A stretch of 64,000 nt of DNA from Selaginella moellendorffii (taxonomy: Eukaryota > Plantae > Lycopodiophyta), in contig NW_003314308.1 of assembly GCF_000143415.4 (NCBI RefSeq), forward strand, positions 1 to 64,000, written 5' to 3'. The notes below the pieces were generated by a model, which ran no database searches, had not been told where the DNA came from, and saw only the letters and a program-made list of their open reading frames with translations. Shown in pieces: positions 11,625 to 24,354 of the stretch. The first letter of the stretch is position 1. Every line of letters starts with the position of its first letter. Made by a program: the position numbers and the translations under genes.

Positions 11625-13575
11625 CTCTCCCCTTTAATTACTCTTACATGGTGGCAACTGCCACTTCTTCATGAGTCATGATTGTCAACTACGAAGCTTT
11701 GCGCTTTTTTTAGCGAGCTAGTCATTGATGCATTGTGTTTTCGCACATACTATCCTCTAGGACATATCTCTAGAGTTAGGATTTTGCTTTTTGCAATGGA
11801 GTGTCAAGTTTGAGTCCTTGTGGTAACTTTCTTGAGTTTTTTCTTTGTTGGTGTGGTAGTGTTGGAGAAGCTTGCTTTATGTTGGTCTTTGGCATGTTTG
11901 TTAATGAGTCTTAAGACATTTGTTAGTATCTAAATCTTGTTTTGGGTCAAAGTTCTTCAAATTATTATTTTTCTTCATGTTGTTTTCTTGAGCTTGATTT
12001 TTCAGAGTTTTTCTTGTGTTGGATTTTTGAATTTGAGCTTTGCTTTTAAGATTGTTGTTGATGATGTTTGAGTCGTATGATTGGTATTTCTTAAGCTTGT
12101 TAAGGTTGACGGTTTGGAGATGTTTGCCATCGAATGTTGCGATTGTTCCCATTCCTGGAGCTTTGAATTTTTTAATGAGGAATGGTCCTTCTCATCTTGA
12201 CTTCACTTTCGAGCTGATTTTCTCAATGTTTTTTAGAAACCAAAGTACTTGATCATTGATCTTGAATTCTTTATTTTTCTTTAATTTTCTCTTTTAGTCA
12301 TGGTTGAATTTTCTTCAAGCTTAAATGGCTTCGAGTGTCTAAATTGCTTATAGTCTTTCTTTATCAAGTTTTTCTAGTGTGACTAGTTTTTTTTTAATTG
12401 ATTCTTCTTGGTTGATCTCGTAGTGTATTGCCATTCACAATGAACGGCGATGTACTTGAGTGGTATTAGGGCTTCTAAGTCATAAACAAGCTTGAATAAT
12501 GTCGAATTTGTTGAAACCTTGTATGTTGTTCAATATACCCATAAGGTATTGTAAATATAATTGTCCCAATCTTTCTAATTTGTTTTTATGATTTTCTTTA
12601 GGATGTTCTTAAGTGTCTTGTTTGTCAACTCTGTTTAACCATTGCCTTGAGGGTAGTATGGTGTTAAAACCTTATGCTTGTTTACCTTGAAGCTTGTTAT
12701 GAGAAGTCAAATCCTTATCGTTAAAATGGTTCCAGTGGTGTTGTTAGATAAAGCTCTTAAATTTGTTTCTTTGATGTGTACTTGGTTTGTTGACAAATGT
12801 TGCATTCTTGACAAAATTTTACTAAGTTATGCCAAAGTGTTAGCCACCAGAGTCCTACTTGCAAAATCTTGTGAGCTGTGATTTCTTCTGTGAAGTGGCC
12901 TCTTGCTTGTCCATAATGGGCTTCTCCAAGTAGATCTTGAGTTCTTCAAGTTGTACACATCTTCGTAGCACATTGTCTCGTCCTTTTTTGTACAATCCTC
13001 CTCCCACGACTGAATACCTCAAGGCAAATTGTTTACGGTGATTAGAGATGGAGTATCGATTTGGAATTATTGTTGTTATTAGGTAGTAGTAGATGTCATT
13101 CGTCCATGTTGATGATGTGTGGATGCAAAGTATGTTGGAGTCAGGAAAGTCGTCCATATTATATTTTAGTTGTTCACTAGTTGTAATGTAGCTAAGGTGG
13201 TTGGTTTATACATGTTGTTTGCCAGGTTTGTGAATAATCTTGAAGTTGTATTCTTGAAGTAATAAGAACCATTAGGCAATTCTACTGGTGAAGATGGTCT
13301 TGTTGAGGAGATGTAAAAGTGCTTTGTAGTTAACAATGATCTTGACTTTGGTGCCGAGTAGGTAGTGTCAAAACTTTTATAGTGCATAGACCATTGCTAA
13401 AACTTCTTTTTTAGTGGTGGTGTAGTTCATCTCAGCTGAGTTGAGTCTTCAGCTCGCATAATAAATTGGTCGGTCTTATTGTTGTTGAGAAAGTATTGCT
13501 CTGATGGCATAATCAAAGGTGTCAATGTGTATTGAAGTCTTTGTCCCAGTTTGGTTGGGCAAGTATTGGAGCCCT
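11625..13575 (-). mobile_element. Old Ty3/gypsy remnant (RNase H-integrase), cut off by the chromovirus LTR (copy A)
   Basis: APILAQPNWDKDF...PIYYAS...LNSAEMNYTTT (RNase H); LYKKGRDNVLRRCV, TPYYPQGN, GPFLI (integrase); purine tract at ~11625-11636. Confidence 0.8.
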
Positions 13576-13974
13576 TGTTAAGGAATTTGTTAGGAACCCC
13601 CCAATTCTTGCCACATTCCTGACTCTCGCCAAATTCCTGACCCACAGACCACATTCCTGACTCTCAAGACACGACCACATTCCTGACTCTTAAGACACTT
13701 CCCTATTCCTGACTCTTTGATTTCCTGTATGATTCCTGATTCTTGGACCACATTGCTGATGATGATGTGGCACCTCCTCGACCTCAGTTATATTTAGACT
13801 GTCCTCGATCCAAGAGTGCTAAAACTTCATCAACCTATAGTATATATAGGTTAGCCTTGTTACATTTCTTCACAATATGAATCAACATTAGTCTAAGGCC
13901 TTTTCTTCATCTCCACTAGCTTTTCTCTTTGTCTTTTGCATTTTCCAGTCCTGATCTTATTAGGGGTCTTGACA
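13576..13974 (+). repeat. 5' LTR of chromovirus (399 bp, copy A)
   Basis: TGTTAAG...CTTGACA termini; starts exactly where the older RNase H is interrupted; TATATATA at 13841; repeated CCACATTCCTGACTCT motifs; directly precedes gag. Confidence 0.8.
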
Positions 13975-13976
13975 GT

Positions 13977-13991
13977 TTGATTCAAATTGTG
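13977..13991 (+). promoter_or_regulatory. Putative self-priming primer-binding site
   Basis: TTGATTCAAATTGTG is 14/15 complementary to CACAATATGAATCAA at 13871-13885, 30 nt after the start of the TATA box; no TGG-type tRNA PBS. Confidence 0.75.
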
Positions 13992-15914
13992 TTTTCTGCT
14001 TTTGTTTTAGCTCATTTTGATTGTTTGATTGCATTTGCCTTTTTCCCCCTTTTCTTTCTTCTTTGCTGATGGAGTCTCTAAGCCATCTTGATTTCTTTGC
14101 CGAAGTCCTTGCAAAAATCCAGTATGAGAATACCGAGCTAAAGGCAACCCTTCTTCACATGCAACAGAAGCTTGCTTCACTTTCGGCTCAAGGATCAAGC
14201 AGAGTTCCTGAACCAAAGATGAGTTTCCCGGCGATGTTCTCAAGCAAGCGTTTGGAGCTTCGCAGATTCCTGAACCAGATGGAGCTGATCTTTGCACTTC
14301 AATATCGGTGGTACCCCACTCTCGAGTCTCAAATCGGCACGATCGGGACATTGGTCAAAGGTGCAGCTTTGTCATGGTTTTCTCCTCTCCTGGAGAAGAG
14401 CATGAAAGGGGTCATGGTTCTGGAGCTGATGGATCTTCAGTTGTTCAAAGAGGATCTTGAAGCATGTTTTGGTGAGATAGATTGGGTTTGGGCTACCACC
14501 ACAAAGATGAGACGTCTCTCTCAGGGGTCTCATCTTGCCTCAATCTATGCTACAGAGTTCCAACTCCTTGCCTTGGATACTCAATGGGATGAGTGGGCCT
14601 TGATTGATCAATTTCGTTTTGGCCTCAACAACAGTGTCAAGGATTTGTTGCTCACCATGGAGGATCCCACAGACTTGTCAGAAGCCATCAACAAAGCTAT
14701 TTGATGCGATAATCATCTCTTTGAACGTTGTTAGGAAAGTCACCACACCACCGTTTTCCCGTCCCAGACTCAGGAATCCCAGCTTGAGTCTTTGGGGCAT
14801 ACTCCTGAACCTACTACTCCAGTCCTAATGGATATTTCTGGTACTCCCCGACTCATCAGAGGGAAGCTAAATCCTGCTGAGAAGCAAAGTCGAGTATCTT
14901 AGAATCTTTGCCTCTACTGTGCCGATCCTAATCACTAAGCAGCTGTGTGTCCTAAGAAGCCTCCTTGATTGCTCGAGTTCACTCTGCCTTAAGGTCCACC
15001 TCTATTGCAGTCAGGAAACGACCTTGTCTAAACAGAGTAGGAGCTGTCTATTTGAACTCCCCGAATAAAAACAACTTTTCTTCTTTATCAAACTCCTCAC
15101 CACCTTTCATCAAAGCCACCACCAATTCCCACAACTTTCGCATCCTATGTCTCCTTTCTTTCACCGAACAATCAAGACTCAAGGCTTTGGCGCTACTGGA
15201 CTTGAGTGTAACTTCTTGCTTCATGGACACGGACTTTGCTGCCCGACATTATGTTCCTCTTTCTCCTACCATACGGGATATGAGGGTTGAAGGCATTGGC
15301 AAGCAATTTGTGTCTCCATCTTTTGGACTTAGGGAAACATTGCCCGTTTGAGTACATATTGGGTCCACCGTCACTGATATCGCCTTCAACATCATCAACA
15401 ACAAGTCTTCCTCTGTGGTGCTCGGCCTTCCTTGGTTCCAACTGCACCAGCCTCAGATCTATTGGAAGGAATTACAGCTTGTTTCTCCCACATCAGCATC
15501 TCCCATGTCTTCCCCTATTGTTCATCAAGTCCAAATCAGGAAAAGTTCCCTAAACTCAAATTGGGGTTTTGTTCCTAACTCTACAAAGTTTTCACCCTCT
15601 TATTTTCCCTCTTTTCCATCTTACATTGAATAGTATCCTTGTCCCATCATTCCATTCAATCATACACCTCCTCCTATTTCCACAATCACTATGAAAGAAC
15701 TCCTTCATAAAAAACCTATTTTCCTTTTTGCTTTGCATGTTTCTTTTGTCAGTCTTTCTGAGAAGTATCATGATTTTGGGAATGTGTTTGACAAGAAAAA
15801 AGCTAGTGTACTATCTATTCATCGACCTTATGACTGTCCTATTGATTTACAGGAAGGAGCATCACCTTCGTGGGGGCCTATCTACAGATTATCCCCGTTC
15901 GAGTTTAAGGCCTT

Positions 15915-16108
15915 TGTAAGCAACCAAAGGGAACGATTCGAGACATAGTCCATGGGGTTCAAATATAGAGGAAAAGAGCCCATGAACAATAGTGCACCCC
16001 CTTCTCGAATCGGTTAAGGGTCTTGGGATATTTTGGGTTAAGCGTCCTTGGGTTTGAATAGTACTGGGTTGGGTGACCTCCCGGGAAGTCGAAACTTAGG
16101 AGTTTACA
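15915..16108. mobile_element. 194-bp solo LTR inserted in the chromovirus RT (copy A)
   Basis: TGTAAG...TTTACA termini with flanking GCCTT/GCCCT; removal restores LSPFEFKALKEYMDEN. Confidence 0.85.
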
Positions 16109-18704
16109 GCCCTCAAAGAGTACATGGACGAGAACCTTGCATCGGGGTACATTCAGCATTCGCAATCCCTGGCTAGAGCACCTATTTTCTTTGTCAAGAA
16201 GAAGCATGGGAGTTTGCGGTTAGTCATCGACTACTGAGGTTTGAACAAGGTGACTGTTCGGAACCATTATCTTTGGAATGCCTCGGTGGTGTGCACTTCT
16301 TCACCAAGATTCACCTTTATGGAGCATACAACCTGATCCAGATCCGGCCTAGCGATGAATGGAAGACTGCATTCTGAACCCGCTATGGCCACTTCGAGTA
16401 CACGGTCATACCCTTTGGCTTGACAAATGCTCCAGCAATTTTCCAACATATGGCGAACGACATCTTTCGGGAGTTTCTTGATGTGATGGTGATCGTCTAC
16501 CTCGACGACATCCTCATCTACTCAAAAACTTAGGAGGAGCACGACGAGCATGTGCACAAGGTGCTAGTGAAGCTATGGGAACATGGCCTATACGCAAAGC
16601 TTGAGAAATGTTCCTTCAATCAGGAGTCTGTGGAGTTCCTTGGGTACATTGTCACTCCTGAGGGTATCACGTTGGATCCTGCCAAAGTCAAGACTATTCT
16701 CGAATGGGAGCCTCCACAATCAATGTTAGACGTTCAGGTTTTTCTTGGCTTCACCAATTTTTACCGCAAATTCATTGATCACTACTCCGACATTGTCCTT
16801 CCTCTCACGCATCTCACTCGCAAGGATATTCCCTTCTCTTGGTTTGCTGCTGCCCAGCAGGCCTTCGACACACTCAAGGTGGCCTTCAGTTCTGCTCCCA
16901 TCTTGATCCACGCTGATCCCTCACAACCTTTCTTCATCAAGGCAGATACCTCCGACTTTGCCATCGGTGCTGTGCTATCTCAACTCGGAGCAGATCAGCT
17001 CCTTGCCATTGTGGATTCCTTTAGAAAGTGGCATCATTTCTTGGAGGGGGCGAGCCATCAAACAATGGTGTAGACGGATCACAAAAATCTGGAGTACTTT
17101 GCCACTTCCCGAGTTTTGAGCTGTCGTCAAGCAAGGTGGGCACAATTCTTGAGTCAGTTTGACTTTGTTATCAAGTACAAACCTAGAAAGCTTTAGGGCC
17201 TTCCTGATGCTCTTTCAAGGCACTCCTATCTCAGTCTCAGGCTTGGTAATCCTGCTTTTGATCAACAGGATCAAGTTATCCTTGGTCCTGATCTTCTTCA
17301 AGTTATGGCAATTTCCCTGGCCCCTCAGGACTCCTCCTTGATGGACACGATCAGAAATGATCTTCAATCTGATGACCTCGCCAGTGACATTTTCCCCCAT
17401 CTTTAGGCTGGACATCCAATGACTCCCGATTGCCGGCGATTTGACAAATTCAAGTTTTTAGATGGTTTGTTGTACCGTGGGGAGCAGATTTACATTGCTG
17501 AAGGTGATGCTCGAAGGTTGGTCCTGATGGCATGCCACAATAGCCCAACTGCTGGTCACTTTGGCATTGCGAAAACCTATGAGCTAGTTGCACGGGACTT
17601 TTGGTGGCCTCACATGGACAATTACATCAAAGCTTTTGTTACTTCTTGTGACACTTGTGCCCGGAATAAGGTACCTTGCCACTTTCCTTTAGGTTTGCTT
17701 CATTCCTTCTTGGTCCCTTCAGGTCCTTGGGAATCCATCTCAATGGATTTCTTGAGTGATCTTCCAAGTTCTGGAGGCTTCAACAACATTTTAGTCATGG
17801 TGGATTGCTTCACAAAGATGGCACACTTCCTGCCGTGTACCAAGGAGCTTTTAGGCGAGGACATGGCAAAACTGGTATTCAAGGAAATTTTCCGACTTCA
17901 TGGGATTCTTGCAGATGTAGTTTCAGATCCAGGACCTCAATTCATTTCTCATTTTTGGCAACAGTTCCTGCAGCTTCTTGGAGTGAAGGCCAACCTCTCT
18001 TCAGCGTATCATCCTCAAACTGATGGACAGTTCGAGCGAACGATTTAGACATTGGAACAATTCCTGAGGTGTTTCATCAACTATCATCATAATGACTGGT
18101 TCAATATCCTTCCCCTTGCTGAGTTCTCCTATAACAACTCCATTCACTCCTCCCTTCAAGTTTCCCCCTTCTTTACAAACTCTGGCTGAAATCCCTGATT
18201 TAATCTCTCACTTCCTTCTCTATCCGAATCCTCTCGTTCAAATCCCCGCTTTGAGGCATTTATCTCTAACCTCTAAGAAATCCATAACTCCATCTCCTTC
18301 CACCTTCATTGTGCTCAAGAATCTCACAAAACACTCACCAATGTCCATCGTCAGGATTGTCCCTTTTACAATATCGGGGATATCCTTAGGTGAAATATCT
18401 CCACCACCAGGCTATGTCCCAAACTCGATTTCAAATGCCTTGGTCCTTTCCTTATCACTGCCATCATTAATCCTGTCATTTATCACCTTGCACTTCCCTC
18501 CTCATATCAAATTCACCCCGTTTTTCACTCCTCTCTCCTTGAGCCTTATATTCCCAGTCCTATTCCAAATCGGGTCATTCCTCCACCTCCCCAGTGCAGC
18601 TTGAAGATGGGTTTGAGTACAAGGTTCAGGACATCCTCACCGAGCCTCATTAGTTGTTATTCTTAGCATTCAAGTATGTTAAGAAATATATTAGAATATA
18701 CATT

Positions 18705-18864
18705 TATGAGTGCTTGGAATATGGAAAGGGAATACAGAAATGTGCATATCAATTAGCCCAAAAACCCTAGCTTATATACAGGAGCAAGTGGTCCAGATTA
18801 AAACCAAAATCCCACTACGCTAATATCAGTATATGGCATCGTAACCGTACACTTTGCCCTCACA
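18705..18864 (-). repeat. 3' LTR (160 bp, 15-bp internal deletion)
   Basis: Direct repeat of 23502-23676; TA(TG)TGAG...CTCACA termini. Confidence 0.95.
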
Positions 18865-21800
18865 TCATCCCATCCTCTCGGGATAATGGAAGACCATCAG
18901 GGTTCTCTTGAAGATGGGCCGGGAGCTGGAGGAACATCAGGAGGAGGCATCGGTGGATCTGTAGGTGGTATTAACTCCTCCTGATCCCTTTGTACGAAGC
19001 GTATCAGCCGCTGCACATGCACAATCTCTGGAGGATCGGCCTGCTGAACATCATGCCGAACCTCATAAACTTGTGGTCCAACTTGCCACAACACCCGATA
19101 TGGTCCTTTCCATTGCGCAAGAAGCCTCTTAGATAAACCATGTACCGTAAGATGGGGAAAACGGACTAACACCAAATCATCCACTTTGTACTCCGCAGGT
19201 GGACGATGATGGAAGTTATAGCGCCGTTGTTGTCCCACTTGTACGCGGCCTAAGTGTTCGGCAGACTCTGCTCGAACAAGTGGAAGAATGCTCGTCAAAT
19301 ACTGATCCCATGATCTAGCATCGGCAGCTCGTGGCAATCGCAAAGGTAAACCCAGCTCCGTTGGTAATATTGGATCATGACCATATAGAAGTTTATATGG
19401 TGAAGCACCAACATAACTCTGCACCCCTGTAACATATGCATACCGAAGAGACGGCAAATAACCATCCCAATCCAAATGCTGAAAGTTCACATACTTCACA
19501 ATCATCCCTTTGAATGTCCGAACAAGCCGTTCCACCAGACTGTCTGATTGTGGATGATAAGCACTCGTAAAAGTGTGGCGTATCCCCAACCGAGATGTCA
19601 AAACATGAAATACCTCAGCCATAAATGCGGGACCATTATCCAAAAGAATCCGCTCTGGACAAGAATGCTGGAACACCACTCGATTGAGGAGGAAGTATCC
19701 AACAGCAGTTGCAGAGGCGCTAGCAAGAGCACCAACTTCCACCCAACAAGTCAAGTAGTCAGAAGCAATAATAACATACTCATTGCCAGCAGTTGACCAT
19801 GGAAAAGGTCCCATAAGATCAAACGCCACTAACTCAAACAGACGGGAAACCACAATTGACTCCAACCATCCTTCTGCAGCACGAGGGGGAGTATTACGAG
19901 ATTGGCACCAAACGTAGCTACGCACATACAGGATAATATCACGTCGCATCTCCGGCCAATAGAAAGACCTGCGCAGCTTCTCGGTGACACGACGGTGTCC
20001 CATATGCCCACCAAGAACAGGAGAATCATGGTAGGCATGGAAAAACCGCGGAATAAACACCGAAGGCACCACCAGCCGTAAATGATCATCAGGATCCGTC
20101 CCCACAAAATAAAGAAGGCCATCTTCAAGGCGATATTGAGAATGTAAATGCCGGAAAGGCAAGTCATCAGCAAGTGATGCAGGATTTTCAAACCCATCTC
20201 GAAGCCTTCGAATCCACGGCTCAATTTTTTGAGCCTCGCGAACCTCATCAAGATAAGGTAGATCTTGCTCTGCGCCCTGTGGACACTGAACGTCAAGGAC
20301 AGCAACCGCCGACGGCACAGAATCCTCATCTAGAAAATCCACAGGTGCTGGAACAACAGGTTCGTCAGAAACATGAGAAGTGAGTGGAGAAGGAAGAGGA
20401 GCTCGAGAAAGGGCATCAGCATCAACCATAGAACTCCCTGGGCGATGAACAACATCAAAATCATATATCTGAAGCTTCAAAGCCCATCAAGCCGTATGAC
20501 CAACCAGGTTCTTCCGCTTCAATAATGAAGTAACAGTAGCATGGTCACCTTCAAGTAACGTCCGAGAACCATGTAGATATGCATGAAGTTTCTCGAAACC
20601 CCAGACTGCTGCTAAACACTCCTTCTCCGTCGTGGAGTAGTTCATCTCCGCTGGTTGTAATGTATAGCTTATATATGCAATGGGATGGTGCTGACCAGAC
20701 ACACTTGAGCTCTCTTGCATCAACACACCTCCAAGACCAATGTCAGAAGCATCCACGTGCAAAATAAAAGGTCAAGTGTAGTCAGGATACGCCAAAACCG
20801 GAGGAGTCGTCAATAGCTCTTTGAGATCCACGAACGCCCGCTCACAATCCGAAGACCAGATGAAAGATGACGTGGATGACTTCAGCAACGCTCGCAATGG
20901 TGTAGTGTGATCGGAAAGATGATCCACAAAACGACCAAGATACTGCACCTTATCCAAAAAGCGTTGCACATCATTCACACACTTCGGAGTAGGGAACTTT
21001 AGAACAGCCACAATTTTGTCAGGATCAACTTGCAAACCCTCACGAGAAATACGGTACCCAAGATAAGTTGTGTCCTTGGACCCAAACACATACTTTGACC
21101 GCTTCAGCTTTAAACCAACGTCGTGTAACTGATCCAACACTTTACAAACATCACGAACGTGCTCCTCCCACGTCCCCTCCGAGTGGATCAAGACATCATC
21201 AATGAAGTCAGCAGTCACCTCTGGCATATCGCAAAGAACCTCGTCCATCATCCATTGGAAAGTTGCTGGAGCATTGTTCAAACCAAACGGCATCACCAAG
21301 AACTCATACAAACCAAATGGTGTACGAAAAGCAATCTTAGGAATATCTTCTTCAGCCATCGGTACTTGCCAATACCCAGAAGGAAGATCTAGCTTGGTGA
21401 ACCAACGACTTTGCCCCAGACGATCCAAAAGATCAGCAGTATGTGGAAGAGGATACACATCTGGGATCGTCACTTCGTTTAACGGACGATAGTCGATAAC
21501 GAAACGAATACTCCCATCAAGCTTCGTCACAAGATGAGGTTCACATGCCCAAGGACTCCGCGACTTCCGAATAACACCCTTCTCCAGCATTTCCTTGACG
21601 TTTGCTCGTAAAATCTTGATCTCCTTAGGTGACCGACAACAAACAGGAACCTTGATTGGACGAGCATCCCCGGTTGGAATCGGATGACATGTGGCAATCT
21701 TGGCCCCAGACGATAGGTCAAATTCAAATAGATCAGAATACTCCTTCATGAGCCGGTCAACTGCTGCAACAAAAGATCGTCGGAGGGATCGGAAAAGGGA

Positions 21801-23480
21801 AAAGCAGAACAAGATGGAAACACAAAAGGAAAGAGTGGGGGAACAAAAGTAATGGAAGCAGAGGTAGAAGTAGAGGGACGAAGAGGTATGGAAGTGAGAG
21901 GAATGGATGAAACATAAGGAAGTATAAGACAAGGGGAGAAGCCTCAAAGTCACACTTGGCATGATTGCGCTGCAACCAATCCATACCAAGAATGAGGTCA
22001 AAAGCTTGATTTGGCACCACCCGCAACGACTGCAACTCAAGCTCAAGATCGCTCACACGCACAATCAGGTCCACCTCATCCCGTGCACATGCATGTGTAC
22101 TTCCGTTGCCATAAAGAATGAACACTGGTTCTGCCGCACGACGCAAGTGTAGACGACAACGTGTGGCAACAGGTCGAGCAATAGAAGATAAACTCGAACC
22201 TGTATCAACCAACATGGAGAGAATAATAGGAGACCTCTTGTTATAAAAATGAACTTGGAAAGTAAACATTGGATGAACTGGTGCCGAGTGAACCCCTTGA
22301 TGATACTCCCGAAAGAAAGATGGAGGGGTCACTGATTTATTCGCGCAAGGTCCCTCTGTTACTCGCGCGACTCCTCGTTTCCCGGATGCATCTCGGTGTC
22401 CAGACCTTCCACTGCAGCAGCACCCATGGGATGTTGCTGACGCCAAGGTCTCCACCTAGGAAATGGAGGTCGCCAATCCGGAAAATGACGGCAACGCCGA
22501 TAAGTATGACCAACTTCATCACACGCCTAGCAGTGAACATCACGGCCACGACCATGTCCTCGCGCTTGTCCTTGCACTCGAGCAGCAGCAGCATCAACCT
22601 CCATTGGAACAGGACCATCACTCATAGGAAGTGGAGCGGAAGGACGTGCAGCGAGAAGTGGAAGAGGCGACGTCTCATAACGTTGTGCCAAGCGAAGTGC
22701 ATCGTCAAGGGTGGCAGGAGCAAGTGCATGCATAAGGCCGACAAGATCTTGACGAAGTGCTAGCCACAACATTCCTAGCTTGATCCGCTCCAACATATTT
22801 GGCTCCGCATGAAGCAAAAGACTTCGGAAACGAACGCCAAATTGCATCACCGACTCAGATGGCCCTTGGCGAAGACAATGCAATTGTTGGAAAGCATCAT
22901 CACAATCATCGGTATGTCCGAAGGCGCGTTTGAAGACGTACGGGAGAACACTCCAATCCCCACGAGTGGCTGCGCTCAAACCATTGTACCACTGCAACAC
23001 CGTCCCTTGGAGACACATGGGAAACTCACGCAACCGTCGAGCATCATCCCAAGAATGATATGTGGCAATCACCGTGAAGTGATCGAACCAATGGTACACA
23101 TCATCCCCAGGATTCCCGAGAAAGAACTCCGGCCGAACGCGAGGATTGGCACCAAGAGCAAGAGGAGTTGTACCACGTGCTGTGAATGCCGCCATCAACT
23201 GAGTTTGGTTGTTCAATTACAAGCGCATAGCATCAAGCAATTGTACCAATTGCTGCTCTAGAGTCAAATGAGGAAATTGCTGATTTGCCATGAAGATGAA
23301 CGAAAAAGAAAGAGCAAAAGAGAGAAATGACAAAAAGCTAGAAGGAAATGGTAGATCTAAATAACGCAAAAAGCTAGATCTAAACCAAAACCCTGAATAG
23401 AAAGAACAAAAGACAGGAAATGGAAAAAACTAGATTTAAACCAAAATCCCAAATCCAAGCACTCCTTAGGGACAATCAAA

Positions 23481-23500
23481 GATGCCCCTTACCTCCACCA
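23481..23500 (-). promoter_or_regulatory. PBS complementary to a tRNA-Ala-type 3' end
   Basis: Minus strand TGGTGGAGGTAAGGGGCATC, 1 nt after the LTR; tRNA-Ala ends in ...CTCCACCA. Confidence 0.75.
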
Positions 23501-23501
23501 A

Positions 23502-23676
23502 TGTGAGTGCTTAGAATATGGAAAGGGAATACAGAAATGTGCATATCAATTAGCCCAAAAACCCTAGCTTATATACTGGAGCAAGTGGTCCAAATTAAAA
23601 CCAATCCGATAGCTACCAAAATCCCACTATGCTAATATTAGTATACGGCATCATAACTGTACACTTGGCCCTCACA
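23502..23676 (-). repeat. 5' LTR (175 bp)
   Basis: TGTGAG...CTCACA, followed by CATT. Confidence 0.95.
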
Positions 23677-23773
23677 CATTGTGATATATTTTAGATAGCA
23701 CAAAAGAAATTTAAAAAGAGGAGTAGTATATTTTAAATAGCACAACAAATTATTTAAAAAGAGGAGTAGTACT

Positions 23774-24255
23774 CAATGGAATTTAACAATTGGTTCCTCA
23801 AGGTATGGAAGAAACTAGAAACCTAGACAGATAAAATTGATGGATCAATTCCTCTCTCTCTCTCTCTCTCTCTCTTCATTTGTTTCTTTCTTTCTATGAT
23901 TTTGCAGAGTTGTCAAAAAAGGTACTTGGCATTGGCTTTGAGGTTCCCATAGGCAAAAAGAAACTCATTCACTCTGTACCACAACAGAACTTGCAGGGGT
24001 GAGCTTTTAAATGTTCTGAAGCTACTCTCTTGTTTTGACTTCCAGGTTCCGTGGATTCGAAAGGCCTGTAGGAAAACGTTTCACAAAGGTGCAGATATTC
24101 TCTCTACAAAAATCAACAATCCCACCATTTTCTTCATCACATCTCCCGAGAATTGGGATAGCTCTCCAGCTTCCACTTGATCTCTGCCCACTTGAGATGA
24201 GATGCATGGATCCTACAAGAAGCCAGCCGTGGACACCACGCTGTTGCATCTCCCG
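23774..24255 (+). repeat. Left arm of long inverted repeat (fragment of unidentified spliced gene X)
   Basis: Reverse complement of 29628-30087; same translations on opposite strands; contains GT/AG sites and a (CT)n tract. Confidence 0.9.
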
Positions 24256-24262
24256 AGCTATT

Positions 24263-24354
24263 TTGTTCAAGATGTGTGGTATACCGACGTGAACTATAAA
24301 TTGCAGTGTTGTTCAAGATGTGTGGTATACCGACGTGAACTATAAATTGCAGTG
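24263..24354 (+). repeat. Perfect 46-bp tandem duplication, unit A only
   Basis: ttgttcaagatgtgtggtataccgacgtgaactataaattgcagtg twice; single copy at ~55378. Confidence 0.9.

Larger units (their letters stand above)
13576..18637 (+). mobile_element. Ty3/gypsy chromovirus (Tf1/Tcn1-like), 3'-truncated, inactive (copy A)
   Basis: Retrotransposon gag 14021-14704, CLYC knuckle remnant, degenerate protease (ALLDLSVTSCF), RT with YLDD (~16498), RNase H, integrase 17419-18048 (HHCC, SAYHPQTDGQ); ends at the start of the chromodomain. Confidence 0.93.
18705..23676 (-). mobile_element. Full-length non-chromodomain Ty3/gypsy element, inactive (copy A)
   Basis: LTRs 18705-18864 and 23502-23676; CATT TSD; gag from 23291 with CCHC knuckle, protease LVDTGSS, RT FIDD, RNase H, integrase 18897-20480 with GPY; PPT 18865-18877. 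Confidence 0.97.

Noticed and set aside
15916-16109. Solo LTR acting as a GT-AG intron that rescues RT
   Set aside because: Splicing would leave 5 extra nt (frameshift), and copy B lacks the AG
23481-23500. tRNA gene
   Set aside because: Only the 3'-end complement next to an LTR, i.e. a PBS
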